Assembly: GCA_023334545.1 (NCBI GenBank) | Contig: JAADVB010000003.1 | Span: 62,001-126,000, forward strand | Source: Salisapilia sapeloensis CBS 127946 | Lineage: Eukaryota > Protista > Oomycota | DNA length: 64,000 nt | Direction of reading: 5' to 3' | Shown: positions 10,835-22,297 of the stretch, in pieces | How positions within the stretch are numbered: the stretch's first letter is position 1 | Layout: every line of letters starts with the position of its first letter | The notes under the pieces: model-generated | What the model saw: only the letters and a program-made list of their open reading frames with translations | Database searches by the model: none | Told to the model about the DNA's origin: nothing | Made by a program: the position numbers and the translations under genes

Positions 10835-11983
10835 ATGGACTCGGACATGAATCTGCGCGTGCCATCCACGCCGTCGGCGTACGCTTCCCTCGCCGGCCAC
10901 TCGGGAAATACGGCTCTCTCCGCCGCCCTCTCGCCACGCGATCCGTCAGCCAAAATCGCGACGAATCACCCATCGATGCTCTCCTCCTCGACGTCGCACA
11001 TGGTGACGCGCTACAATGGACATGCGCCGGCTGCGAACACGACCCGTCGTGCGCCACCGAGCCCCACGCCGACCCCGACGGATGCCCCGGTGAAAGCCAA
11101 CACTGGACGATGGACGGAAGCCGAACATAAGCTCTTCCTTCAGGGTCTCGAAACGTTCCCGTACCGAGCATGGAAGAAGATTGCGACCCTCATCAAGACT
11201 CGAACCGTCGTGCAGATCCGTACCCACGCCCAAAAGTATTATCAAAAGCTCGAGAAGGAACAGGCCCGTTTGCGTGAACGACAAGAACAAGGCGGCGAGA
11301 CCGAGTCAGACGTGTCCTCGCTTCCCCGTAAGAAGCACATGATGCGCAAGCGGAAGACTCCAACGGATGCGGAATCCGAGAACCCATATGCCAAGCGTGT
11401 TACGGCGAAGCGATCCACGCGCAAGTCTGGCATGGAAATCCCTGAATCTGCTCGTTCGAGCAACTTCCCGCGACCGTACAATCCGATTGAACCCGTGCCA
11501 GAGAGCATGGTGCTCGACTTTGAGGAAAAGCCGCTGCTAGACTACCCGTTGCCGATGGATGACAGTGTCGACCACTCCCTCCAAGGCATCGACAGCGAAG
11601 AGCTTCTTCAACTTACGGACGAAGATACGCTCGACTGGTTGTCGTCTTCAACCCCTATCAGCTCTGCGAACATGAAGCCGGAGAAGATGGATGTGGAACC
11701 CACGCCTCTTGAACTCCCCATGCAAGCAAACATGGCCATGTCCTTTGGCTCGTGCGCCCCTCTGTGCGACTCTCCCGTGTCCCCGTCGCTTACGACCGAC
11801 TTTGGCTCGACGTTTGTCGACTGTTTCGAGCCGACGTCTGAGAATGAGCTGGATACGGCGGCTTTGTTGAACAACGCTGATTACGGCGCCGACTTTGTGC
11901 TGAACGAAGACGACGACTTTGTGTTGGATCCGGAAAAGTTCCTGTCGAGCTACTTGAGCCCGACGGCGAGCACGCCATGCTAG
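10835..11983 (+). CDS. Single-repeat MYB-related (SHAQKYF-class) transcription factor
   Basis: GRWTEAEHKLFLQGLETFPYRAWKKIATLIKTRTVVQIRTHAQKYYQKL. First in-frame ATG at 10835 (the track start 10667 is TTG). Acidic C-terminal region. Confidence 0.9.
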   Translation: MDSDMNLRVPSTPSAYASLAGHSGNTALSAALSPRDPSAKIATNHPSMLSSSTSHMVTRYNGHAPAANTTRRAPPSPTPTPTDAPVKANTGRWTEAEHKLFLQGLETFPYRAWKKIATLIKTRTVVQIRTHAQKYYQKLEKEQARLRERQEQGGETESDVSSLPRKKHMMRKRKTPTDAESENPYAKRVTAKRSTRKSGMEIPESARSSNFPRPYNPIEPVPESMVLDFEEKPLLDYPLPMDDSVDHSLQGIDSEELLQLTDEDTLDWLSSSTPISSANMKPEKMDVEPTPLELPMQANMAMSFGSCAPLCDSPVSPSLTTDFGSTFVDCFEPTSENELDTAALLNNADYGADFVLNEDDDFVLDPEKFLSSYLSPTASTPC

Positions 11984-12406
11984 GCTGCTGGTCGCTTTTC
12001 CAAAGCCTTTGGCTCCAACACCTCACGAAAAAACCTAGAAAAAAAAGGAGAGAGGTAATCTTTCACGACCGGTGGACGGTCGCTAGTGAGACGAAAGGTT
12101 GAGCTCGATGTGGATGACCATTTCCCATCGGCTACACTAGAGGATACCGGCGCCTCGACCCCTTCGATGTCCTTGATCGTATCTCTGCCGATTCCAACTT
12201 TAAATTTAGACTTTCATTTTTGCATATCCCGACCCGCCCCCGCCGATGGCTCCATCCCCCTCGTGACGTGCTCGAGCCTCGACCTATACACCTGGCTTGG
12301 CGTCCTCCCCCGGACGTGAAAGCTCCTCTCTCCGAAATGCCCCCTCCGCCAGTTCCAAGACCATAAATAAACAGCCTTACAATTTATCAACTAGACGTGT
12401 ATTCTC

Positions 12407-13015
12407 TTAAGCTTTTACTTGGTACACTAGTACGGACTCATCTGGATACACTACGGCTACTTTCGCCGGCCCATCGACAGTCTCGACCATACGTCGCAGC
12501 TCTCTCGGACCAGGATAGCTGTCATATCCGTTGAAAACGAAGACTGTGAACGCTCGAGCCCATCGCTTGACCTTTCGCTTCCTGCTCTTGCCTTGAACAT
12601 CGTCATAGATGGTTTGTGTCTGCAACGCTTCTACGTCCATCACGACCGCATCATGCAGTACGTCGGATCTCTTCGGATGGAGCTGATGGCTCTTGAACCA
12701 ATCGTACGCGACAATCCTCGCTGTCGACTCTCGTCCATCACTGACGGAAGCACGTAGCTCTTCTGCTGTTACAATGCGATCTGATCCGAGTATACAGACT
12801 GCAAGCGCTCTTCGACGCATGAGATAGAGAGCTTCTTCGAGGTATAAAGATTGGTTCTTGTAGCTCCCAGTCTGCAGCGATTTCGTGGCTGCCTTCGAGT
12901 CGTGCGTACCCATGCGGAAGAGCAGCTTCCCTCGTTGCAGCGTAAGATGCACGAGCCCCGTGTCGAGGTCGTACTCGCCAATGGACGCATTTTTCCATGT
13001 ATCAGGTAGATGCAT
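12407..13015 (-). CDS. tRNA-splicing endonuclease Sen54-like protein (N-terminal Sen54 domain)
   Basis: GLVHLTLQRGKLLFRMG...SLYLEEALYLMRRRAL resembles the Sen54 N-terminal motif. ATG 13015 lies just downstream of the JmjC gene stop. Confidence 0.6.
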   Translation of the reverse strand: MHLPDTWKNASIGEYDLDTGLVHLTLQRGKLLFRMGTHDSKAATKSLQTGSYKNQSLYLEEALYLMRRRALAVCILGSDRIVTAEELRASVSDGRESTARIVAYDWFKSHQLHPKRSDVLHDAVVMDVEALQTQTIYDDVQGKSRKRKVKRWARAFTVFVFNGYDSYPGPRELRRMVETVDGPAKVAVVYPDESVLVYQVKA

Positions 13016-13070
13016 ACTACGAATAAACAAGTGACAAATCTTGGAAAGCTTCCATTCTCTCATTCGATAT

Positions 13071-14966
13071 CTACACAGTCGATGCACGTCCACCATGCTT
13101 GGTCGGTGGAGGCGTCACTTTGATCAATCGCTCTTTCAATTCCTTCGATCCGGCCTTTACCCACTCATCTTCATCCACCGAGCATCCTTTATAATGCACT
13201 CGAATATACTCGCCATCGACTGCTGCAACTTTGCCCTGTATCATGTACTTTAAGCAGGATGGAAAGAAAGATAAATGGACGATAGACATGTACTTGAGTG
13301 TCTTCAAAATGCAGCGTCGAATTCTTCTGAAGTAAATCTCGGCGTTTGACTTTTTCTTTCGGAATCGACCGCGGCGGATCCGTCGACAAGATCTTACTTT
13401 TCTTTGGCGAAGGAAGGACACTTGATGGGTTCTTCAGACTAGCATTACTCGATGTCCGTCGCCTCCTACGTCCACTCTTTGGTGTGGCGTTAGGACTTGA
13501 CAACGTGCTCCCGCCGCCACATCGATGACATAGCAATGACTCTGGCAGCTCTCCCTACGTCTTCGACGGTCATACAAAGCAATGAAAGAGAAAGAAAAGA
13601 TAAAGTTACGGTTCGGTGGACGAGCTCTGGATAGATACATCGTAGATGCAGCCAGATCTGGCAACTGGAGCATTCGAACCACTCTTCCTACAGCATACGA
13701 TATCAATACGCAAGACAGGAGAAGATGTAGATCGGAGATTACATCAACGTCTCCTTCGGATTCATCACTGCACACTGCTTTGCCACATCTGCAAGCAAAT
13801 AGCCACGGGTCTTCTCCTAGTACATTCTTATTCTGTTCCTCATCTTCAAAGAGCTTTGGTAAGAAGGTATCCATGTCGATGCGGACACTATCCGGAGAGC
13901 ATTTACACACTTTTGCTTTCAATCCGTGTGAAATCCATCGCATCGTCGCAAAATTCACGGCTTCAGCAATGTTAAAGCCTAGATTAAAGCCTTGATGGTA
14001 GGTCGATGGGAACGTAATGACAAATTCTCCTTCCTTTTGATATGCTTTGTAGTACGGAATGTCGAATTCATCCAGACGAGAAGGAGAGATGAGAGAGGTT
14101 TTGTGGCGCATGAACTGTTGACAAGCATGATGTTTCTCTGGAAACATGGCTTGTGCAGCACGCTCTAGTTGAGATGCAGCGGATGGTGGGATGCCGTACC
14201 AGAACTTGGAAGCGCCGTGGTGGATGTAGTTGATGCTGTAGAGGTTCATGTCCTCCGTGTGGAACGCGAACATGGCTCGCCACATGCCAAAGTAGAGCAT
14301 GGAACGTGTGATGCCGGGAAGATCGATGCGACTGAGGATCGTCTCCAGGTGGTTTAAATTCCATGAACACGCTTCTGCATCTCCAAACAGCGATGCCTAC
14401 CTCCCATTCGATTTACAACTAGCTCTATGAAATGGGGTAGAAGTGAACTTACGGTGATGTCGGCTCCGTAGACGGGAGCTTCCATCGTCGGTCTTAGACC
14501 TTTCCAGAACTGTCGCTCGATCGCATCAATATCGTCCTCTACATATCTCTTTTTAATCTTCTATGCATGTATATATGGAGATTGGAATGTACCAGTAGGT
14601 GCGTTCTCTCCTCCGAGTTGTTGTGTGAGTTTGTAGAACTCTGGTGCTGACATGGACTTGCGTTCCACTAGATCGACATTGAAAATGCCTTTTTTACCAG
14701 CTACATGCTGACTCACAGGTCTCGAGACGCCACACTCTAGTGTCTCGAGGTCGTATGATCGAATGAACCATCCTTGTGGCGGCACAATCTATCCGAAAGC
14801 GTTAGAAAAAGGGTCACTATCATCCTACCAAGTGTCTACGAACCTTGCAAATGCCAATATGCGCACATTGTGGCTCGACAACGGTTCGAATATATTGTGC
14901 AAAGGACGAGAACTCTGTTTTAGTCGGGTGAAACACCGGACACCACTCCATTTCGTCGTCTTCCAT
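13071..14966 (-). CDS. KDM4/JMJD2-like histone demethylase: JmjN-JmjC-PHD-Tudor/chromo-barrel-like, multi-exon
   Basis: JmjN CPVFHPTKTEFSSFAQYI...GICK|IVPPQGW. JmjC LYFGMWRAMFAFHTEDMNLYSINYIH and STYHQGFNLGFNIAEAVNFA (H-x-E...H). Spliced PHD ACRCG...WFECSSCQIWLHLRCI...LCHRC. Last exon GEYIRVHYKGCSVDEDEWV. Confidence 0.88.
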
Positions 14967-15302
14967 AGCTATACACTGGAATGCAATCGCGTTTTGGATC
15001 CTAGTGTCACAATGTAAATGCCAATATCAGTAAAGTGTATATCTATCTAATCTAGACACACTACTCGACTACTTTTGAACAATAGACAGTCGTAGATAAG
15101 ACCTGTCGGGACGTATAGAAGGAGAGAAGCGAAGCGTCCGACCTTAGTTACTGTCAATTTCGTTTCTTTGCGTGGTGGTTTTCTTCGATCAAGTACGATA
15201 CGACTTGAAGTTTATCCATTATTTCTTTTCTTTTGACTGGATTAAAGTATGCGATCAACTAGTGATTTATTTTTTGTTTCTTTATCTTTATTGATGCAAA
15301 AC

Positions 15303-18300
15303 TTAGGCTGTCATGGCAGTTGGAGCGACGACTTGGATCGGATACGTCACGTTCATGAACATGTACGTTTCATCTTGTAAAGTTAAGCGTAGGTGATTCA
15401 AGTCGTACATGCCAGACTGGAAGAAACAAGCGTGGACTTGGAATGAGATGTGATCTCGAGGTGCTAGCTCCGTAATATGTTTCTTCGTCGGTCCGACCCA
15501 TATAAACGACGGTGTGACTTTAGGCATTGCTTTTGGAGGTAGCATCTCGACTGTCAAATCGACTGGAGATGAAGACAGTGGACTTGTGTTGGCGATTGTA
15601 ACGACTACATGAGCTTGTGCCACGGACGTCGTATCCATTTCGATACATGGTTCATAGTGGAGAGATACAGCTACCGGACACTCGTCACGTATGTATACGA
15701 ACGGAAGGTTCGATTGACCATGCACCCAACTGCCATCAGCCGCCTGCGCCGTCCACATCAGGCTCAAGTGCGCGTCCAAGTCGGTCATGGACATCAATGC
15801 CTCGGAGCTCATAGGTTGCGGATATTCCTCCTGGACAGTCGGCTGCATTGCCTTGTTATCTCGACGCACGCTTTGGATAGATCGCATGCCTCCAACAGAC
15901 GACTGCGGCTGGTGCTCAAGTAGTTTCGTTGCAATATCCAGACGTAGAAATTGATGCCATGGATACATCCGTTGCTCGTCTTCCGAGAGTGAAATCCAAC
16001 TCTCTTGATGCTCCTTGGAGCGTAGAATGAAATACAAGGTACTAGCTTCCCAGCTATCTAGATAAATCGCACTCTTGGCATCATCTACATGCGTTCCGAA
16101 GCGTTCAAGTGTCCATTGACGACTCACCCAAAGCACTTGATCTAGTTGCAATGCAGACGCATACTCCTTTCGATTTACCACGTGCAAGGCAAAGAGGTAT
16201 TCTCCAGCTTGACAACGTGATGGTCGAATCGAGTAGCTTATATCCATGGAAGGAGAGACAAGGATGTCATACTTGAGACGTACGTGTCGATATACTTTTC
16301 CATACACATCGGTGTATCGAAAGACCATCCGGATAGGATACTCTCCAGCTTGTGGTTTCAAATACAACCTCACTTGCTTCCGATCCCCTGGAGCCAACTG
16401 AACGTTTCTTAAATCTACTACTTGTCCGTTGCTGCCAATGTACCCGACTTGTTCCTCATCAACGTACACTGCTGCCTTAACGTTCCCATCGACACATAGC
16501 TCTAGACCTGATAAAAGTGTCTTGCCACCATTCGAGAGCTCGACTTGGGTCTCGAACACTTCTCCTTCCATCAATATTTGTGGCTCCATCTCGAGAGAAA
16601 CACCGAGCCATGGCATGTCGCCCACGATTCTCGCCATCAGCTTTGGATTCTCGGCTCGAGCACGAGACTCTTTATGCGCGCGTGTGTCCTGCAGGAGTGG
16701 GCCAGGGATGTCAAACAAGTGTTCGCCTACGACGTCTCCATCGCAGATGCTCCATGACACACCTTCTAGCTTGAGTAATCCACTTGCTCGTGGCAAAATG
16801 GACAACTGGACGCGCTCTTCACTGCATGGAGGCAGGAGCAGATCGACTTGTTGCACTTGAATCACGTCGGACGATAGTTCCTCTAGTCGAGTACCGTCAA
16901 AGTGACCGATTAGCTGCATCTCTTGCACCTGCACGGCACACATGAGTGCATTTTTCACGACAAACTCGACGTAGATAGCTTCGTCGACGGCATATTCCGG
17001 CGGCTGATGTGCTTTTATACTCCTTAATCGCGTTTTTAATAGAGGAGGCGTCTCTAGCCACTTGTTACCACTACTTGATTCTCTACTATGTGCATACTTG
17101 TCTACTTCATTCTGTCTTTCAAAGACACGCATCATCTCACGCCATTCTTCATCCAAGTCGACTCCTTCATTCGTCTTGGAAGCGTTCCGGACAGCATAGA
17201 CAAATGTCGATTGATCATCTAGCTCTGGCATGTCCATATCCTTTACTAACAATCTCTTTCGTCCACTTCGAATCGTACTAGATAACGCCGGTCCCGTACT
17301 AAAACTCTGAATTGAATCATGCGATTCAACGAGAAAGTCTTTTACAAGTGCTCCAAACTCTTGTAAGAGTATTTCTTGATGGCTAGCAGAGTTCCGACCG
17401 GATGTTAAGAGACTTAGGAACAAGGAGATGGGCACGAGCGGATCACTTAGACGCTGTGCTTTACTCACAAGCGTCGAATGGATGTGGTCTTCAATGAGAA
17501 TCCAACCACTTGAGTAGTATACTGAACGTGCAATTGCATAGCAGCGAGCTCCATGCGCTTGCAGACCTAGTGACAGGTAGATGTATCCTGCTAAAACCAG
17601 ACGAAAGCCAGCTTTCCGGAACTTGGGAATGCGTGCTTGCAGGTCGCAATAGGCAGCTCGTTCCGTTAATACTGCGCAGCAGATGCCTTGTTCTGCTGTA
17701 GAGCCACGCATGAGTGCTGCTGATGCGTTGTCCATGTAGTCTGTGAGCAGACCAGAGTGAGATAGCTTATGGAACACTTCTCCAGCTAAGAGACTGGAGC
17801 GAACAGTGTGTCGAGGAGGTGCGTTGGCTTTCTGATAGGCGTTAATAGCAGCGTCAAGGGAGTGAGTCATTTGCATGGGAGAGCCACGGAGCTGGAGGAG
17901 ACAGAGAGCAATCATGTGGTTCGTGTCAGCAAAGTGGAGGAGAGACTTGTCTGCCTTGTAGTCCTCTCGCACGAGTCTATACGTCTGCAATGCCAAGTCA
18001 TAGTCATGTAGAGAGAACGCAATGTCTGCTAAGAGACGTGTCTGGGCTTCAATCGTGTCGTAGCGATAGGTCGTTGTCTTTCCTTGATCCGACCCGCTGG
18101 TCATCGTGTCTCGAGGCTTTCGCCACCAGGATTTAAAGACATTCTTCACTCCTTTCTTCGTAGCAGACACGACATCGTTCAATTGATGCAGTCGTGTTTC
18201 TAAATAGGGTAGAACGATACGTAACGAGATGTTTGTACTCAATTTCTCTAATGCCTGTAGATCTTGTGACGACAGGAGACCACCGGCATGGTCGGTTCGT

Positions 18301-19100
18301 ACCTCGTACTGTGGTTCGCTAAAGAAACGAATGGTTGGACGTGGAGAAGAGAACGAGTACCATAGTCCAGAGTTATTCGCCGTCGCTTCTTCTGGAGGTA
18401 AAGAGTTGATTGATAGGACGGTAGAAGAGGATGGATCGAGCTCGAGGTCTTGTAGAATCTGCCATCCGTCTATCTCTGTACCTCTTGTTTCGCCAACGTC
18501 ATGCACGACGATATAGTACTTGGGGATGTTCGGGTCATATAGACCTTGGCCAAATGCGGGAGGAAGGTTGTGAGGACTATTAAGCTCGCTGAGAGCATAC
18601 CGAGGATTGCTTTCGGTAGATGCGACAGCGATTACGATTGCTGCTGGTTGATCCATCATGGAGTATTCTTCACAACGGAAGCTTGCGAGTAGTGTCCGTC
18701 TAAATTCGGCATACCATGGTAAGACAGCATCACTGGATGCATCCTGTGCATCTAGTGCGTGAAGTAGATTCGGCACATCATCGACGGATTTGACGGACGG
18801 TAGATTCAGATCGACTGCTTTATGAGGTTGTAATTTGGCTATCGATTCACTTAGTAGCTTTGTTGCATCTTGTGGAGAAGGTGTGGCGAATTGCGATGAA
18901 GGGATGAAGCGGATTTGAAAGTCTTCCTGATGGAGCTGCTGGGAGACGGATCGTATAGTCACGTTGGCTTCCGAAATGTTGGCGTAGGCGTTTAATAAAT
19001 CGGCAAAACCGAGGGTATTCTTATGTGCGATTCGTTCCACCTCGGGACTTGCACACGTGAGTACCACCGGCGCATAGCTGGAAGGCATCCACCGCTCCAT
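15303..19100 (-). CDS. TRAPPC8: TRAPP III subunit Trs85/TRAPPC8, 1265 aa, intronless
   Basis: N-terminal YAPVVLTCASPEVE...LGFADLL; LPYLETRLHQLNDVVSATKKGVKNVFKSWW; IEAQTRLLADIAFSLHDYDLA; RKAGFRLVLAG; C-terminal FFQSGMYDLN. Confidence 0.88.
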   Translation of the reverse strand: MERWMPSSYAPVVLTCASPEVERIAHKNTLGFADLLNAYANISEANVTIRSVSQQLHQEDFQIRFIPSSQFATPSPQDATKLLSESIAKLQPHKAVDLNLPSVKSVDDVPNLLHALDAQDASSDAVLPWYAEFRRTLLASFRCEEYSMMDQPAAIVIAVASTESNPRYALSELNSPHNLPPAFGQGLYDPNIPKYYIVVHDVGETRGTEIDGWQILQDLELDPSSSTVLSINSLPPEEATANNSGLWYSFSSPRPTIRFFSEPQYEVRTDHAGGLLSSQDLQALEKLSTNISLRIVLPYLETRLHQLNDVVSATKKGVKNVFKSWWRKPRDTMTSGSDQGKTTTYRYDTIEAQTRLLADIAFSLHDYDLALQTYRLVREDYKADKSLLHFADTNHMIALCLLQLRGSPMQMTHSLDAAINAYQKANAPPRHTVRSSLLAGEVFHKLSHSGLLTDYMDNASAALMRGSTAEQGICCAVLTERAAYCDLQARIPKFRKAGFRLVLAGYIYLSLGLQAHGARCYAIARSVYYSSGWILIEDHIHSTLVSKAQRLSDPLVPISLFLSLLTSGRNSASHQEILLQEFGALVKDFLVESHDSIQSFSTGPALSSTIRSGRKRLLVKDMDMPELDDQSTFVYAVRNASKTNEGVDLDEEWREMMRVFERQNEVDKYAHSRESSSGNKWLETPPLLKTRLRSIKAHQPPEYAVDEAIYVEFVVKNALMCAVQVQEMQLIGHFDGTRLEELSSDVIQVQQVDLLLPPCSEERVQLSILPRASGLLKLEGVSWSICDGDVVGEHLFDIPGPLLQDTRAHKESRARAENPKLMARIVGDMPWLGVSLEMEPQILMEGEVFETQVELSNGGKTLLSGLELCVDGNVKAAVYVDEEQVGYIGSNGQVVDLRNVQLAPGDRKQVRLYLKPQAGEYPIRMVFRYTDVYGKVYRHVRLKYDILVSPSMDISYSIRPSRCQAGEYLFALHVVNRKEYASALQLDQVLWVSRQWTLERFGTHVDDAKSAIYLDSWEASTLYFILRSKEHQESWISLSEDEQRMYPWHQFLRLDIATKLLEHQPQSSVGGMRSIQSVRRDNKAMQPTVQEEYPQPMSSEALMSMTDLDAHLSLMWTAQAADGSWVHGQSNLPFVYIRDECPVAVSLHYEPCIEMDTTSVAQAHVVVTIANTSPLSSSPVDLTVEMLPPKAMPKVTPSFIWVGPTKKHITELAPRDHISFQVHACFFQSGMYDLNHLRLTLQDETYMFMNVTYPIQVVAPTAMTA

Positions 19101-19852
19101 CTTCCTCTTCCTCGTGTAGGATCAAGTAGGTAGTGTCCGTAATGATCGCTCTGAGTAAACTACTTGCTTTTTTTATAATATGGTCATAAAACATGCGTCT
19201 ATTTCGATGATTTAATTGAACAGAAAGACTTCAATAAAGTATGGTCGACCCGTCTCAGATGTGGTGAATGAAGAGCGAGAGTGCGATGGACAGCCAAGTT
19301 TCCATAGCAATCTAAGCGCGAATATACTCGACTATAGGTGATATGGTAGTGCTCCCTTCTTATATGTACATATAAACGGTTCCCAAAGTTGTAAATTGCG
19401 AAAGATTGATATGCAACTGTTGATTTATTAGGTTGAGGAGATACTCATTGACCTCACGACGCTTGCTTCTTCCTGTATACCTGGAAGTTCGCTTGTCACT
19501 AGTACATACATGTAGTAGCATTTTTGTTCCTTTGCTATCCTTCTGGCCTCGTCTATAGCTTGTATTTGTCGCGATATACAACATTACTTGGGCTTATTGA
19601 AACGATGTGGATGCATTACTATAGTAGCGTTTCTTGATCCGGATTAAAAATCCAGCAGTGTCCTCCTCTTCAAACAAAAACAAAAGCATTGCAGACCTAC
19701 TGTGCTAATCATACCTTCGCATTCAGATGAACCAAAGACTTTTCATTTTGAAACTTGTATGCTTTCAATCAAGTTCTTGCTATCATCACAGTTGAGCTGT
19801 GATTATCAGGATCCGTAGGAAGTATCACAATCCAAAAGAGTTTTCATTACAT

Positions 19853-20820
19853 TTAAATATACGCTAAAAGATAATGAATAGGCCAGAAAAGAAAAGAATT
19901 TGGCGTACGTGAAGTTCGTGTTCGGGATCCTCGACTAAGGTAATACAACTTAGACCGCAACTGCATCCTTTGTCGGTGCAATGAAATCCGCAAAACTATG
20001 GCTTGCAAAAGCTTGAACATCTCTAGGTTCAAGCAACTTTGTCTATGCTGCCTTGTTAGACTTCGGATCACGACAGCTACCAGGGATAGTTGATCAGATA
20101 CTTGAATACAGTTATATCTGATAGATTTTTGCTTTAAGCATGTCATGTAGCTCCACCAGCGCAAGAAAGTCTGGCACAAACAAACACTTCTCGTGTTTTT
20201 CGCATGGCTCTTAGCAATTTTCATCACTGACTAAAGGAGCGGAATCATTTTCCATAAAATCTTTGCGAGATATCAGGTTGAAGTTCCGGAAACGAATATG
20301 GGTTCTACTTGAAGCAAAGCTATCCAAAACGGTCGAAGGATAAAGATGGGGAGGAGTGATGCCATCCAAAGCTGTGTAAAAGACAGCTATCCTGTTGCCA
20401 TTTGGAATTTATCAAATATGATGGACTTGGCGCAGTGGAATTACAGGCATGAAAGTCCACGAAAGGTTTAAATTGTTGGTTGTTTCTTATGTATTAAGCG
20501 TTGTTGATAATGAGATAGCATGATCCATGATACGCGTGCAACAGCTTGTCTTGTAGAGGCGTAGATTCCATCCAATTCTATTCTGCTCAAGCAAAGATTG
20601 AGTGGTAATCGACAAAATTTTACCACTATATTGATAAATATTGCGTTTAATGTTTGGTATCGATTCCATGGCGGCATGCTTCCGGACCTTTTCTATCCGC
20701 ATGAGTCGAACGAACGCGTAGGTTCCATCAGACTGATTGACCATTTCTTATGGAGCTAAATGCCTGAAGAGATACGGAAGGTTGCCAGGCTACCACCTGC
20801 CAATCATAGATTGCTTCCGA
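19853..20820 (-). pseudogene. Possible decayed reading frame of unknown identity inside an AT-rich gap
   Basis: One minus-strand frame (track ORF 20487..20744 continued by hand to ~19860) reads as protein-like with about 9 stops in ~300 codons; no family recognised. Confidence 0.25.
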
Positions 20821-21546
20821 TAGCAATATGAACATGAAATGGTTCTTGAATGGCTCTAACTTGCTGCATCGGAGATGATCTTAATCAGCATCGATGCCAT
20901 GAATTAACTGCAGTGAATCATTTCAATTATATCTTCGTTCAAGATTTACCGCAAGTCATTCCTTCATCTGTTGAAAATTCACACACAGACCAACGTCCGA
21001 TCGAAACATATCTGAAAGATGTAGCAAAAGACGATCGTGGCATTCGTCACACGGTCAACACAAGGGATCGCAAAAACAGTAGACACGTAAATATACAAAC
21101 AAGAGGGCTAAATCGCTCCAGGCTGAACTTTGCGCACGAAGCGAGTAACTACATTCGCAAGACCAATGTGCCTAACAACATATAAAACGCAGCGCAGACC
21201 CAAATTTTCAGTGGAGTATATGCATATGTGTCGAGGATGATCATGATGAGAATGAAAATGTTGAAGTTCGTAGAAACAATCCAGAAAGGAATGACGACCG
21301 CATTTTCGAGTTAAGCAAGTATCTCCCACCTCGGCAAATCCTACAGCACCTTCCGTTCAAGCTATCCGAAACAAGTCCAAGCCAAGTAAACATACCTGCT
21401 TACGTAGCATGCTTGCTCCACTTCCTCTACAAATCCTACGAATATCTCATTTAAAGTATGGAAGAAATTGACGGTGACAAAGTATGGACGCTTCTGCCTA
21501 CCAATTTTCTATCAAAATCAGAGTCTACGAGAAATAAACAAGCGCA

Positions 21547-22098
21547 ATGAGTAGCCGAATGAAGACGCCGGATAATGTGAGCGTCGAGCTTAACAAGAAT
21601 GTGAGCTGGATGGACGCGCGAGGGTTCTGGACCTTTTACGCGCTGCTCCTCGGCCTGCTCTACCTGACGATGCCTGTCATCCTCCCGCCGTCGCACACGA
21701 TGACCGGTGTCAACGTCGTCCATGGCGTCGTACGTTCAGTTTTCTTATATGGTATAAGAATAGTACACGAACTTGTTATGTAGGTGACGTTCATTATCAT
21801 GCACTGGGTGAAGGGTTCTCCGGACATGGGAGACTATCAGGAGCTGACGTTCTACGAGCAGATTGAGCAGGGCCATCCATGGACTGGCACGAAGAAATTC
21901 CTCATGGTCGTCCCGACGGTCCTCTTCCTCATGGCTTCCGTCCAGACGGATTACGACGCGACGCACTTGTGCATCAACTTCCCCATTTGGCTTACGCTGA
22001 TTCTTGCGAAATTGCCGGCTCTCGATCGTGTTCGTATTTTCGGCATTAACTCGACCGTCGGCATTGACCAAGCGATTCATGAGCCAAAGCGCCAGTAA
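21547..22098 (+). CDS. ORMDL: ORMDL/Orm1 family sphingolipid-synthesis regulator, 2 exons
   Basis: NKNVSWMDARGFW...TGVNVVHGVV|TFIIMHWVKGSP...LTFYEQIEQGHPWTGTKKFLMVVPTVLF...LAKLP; intron at ~21732-21783. Confidence 0.9.
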
Positions 22099-22297
22099 TT
22101 CGTTGAATCCCATCTACTTTCGTACGCAAGACGATTGGATTGCTTTGAAATAAACGTCTTTTATATCCATTTCGACTTGTAATGAGCGAGAGAGAAAGAA
22201 AAAAAAGAAGTCAAATACGAATTATTACGATGTTCCGATCCTTTGGCGTCTCGTTCTCCTCCACACGTCCATCTGCAGTCCAAATCGAATGCTCAGC

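Noticed and set aside
12407-14966. Possible JmjC-Sen54 fusion (the track ORF 12407..13096 overlaps the last JmjC exon)
   Set aside because: The JmjC Tudor-like exon has its own TAG at 13071, and the Sen54-like frame has its own ATG at 13015.
19610-19650. IVAFLDP peptide resembling the hAT transposase LDPR motif
   Set aside because: A short match that needs a frameshift, with no other hAT motifs, TIRs or target-site duplication visible.
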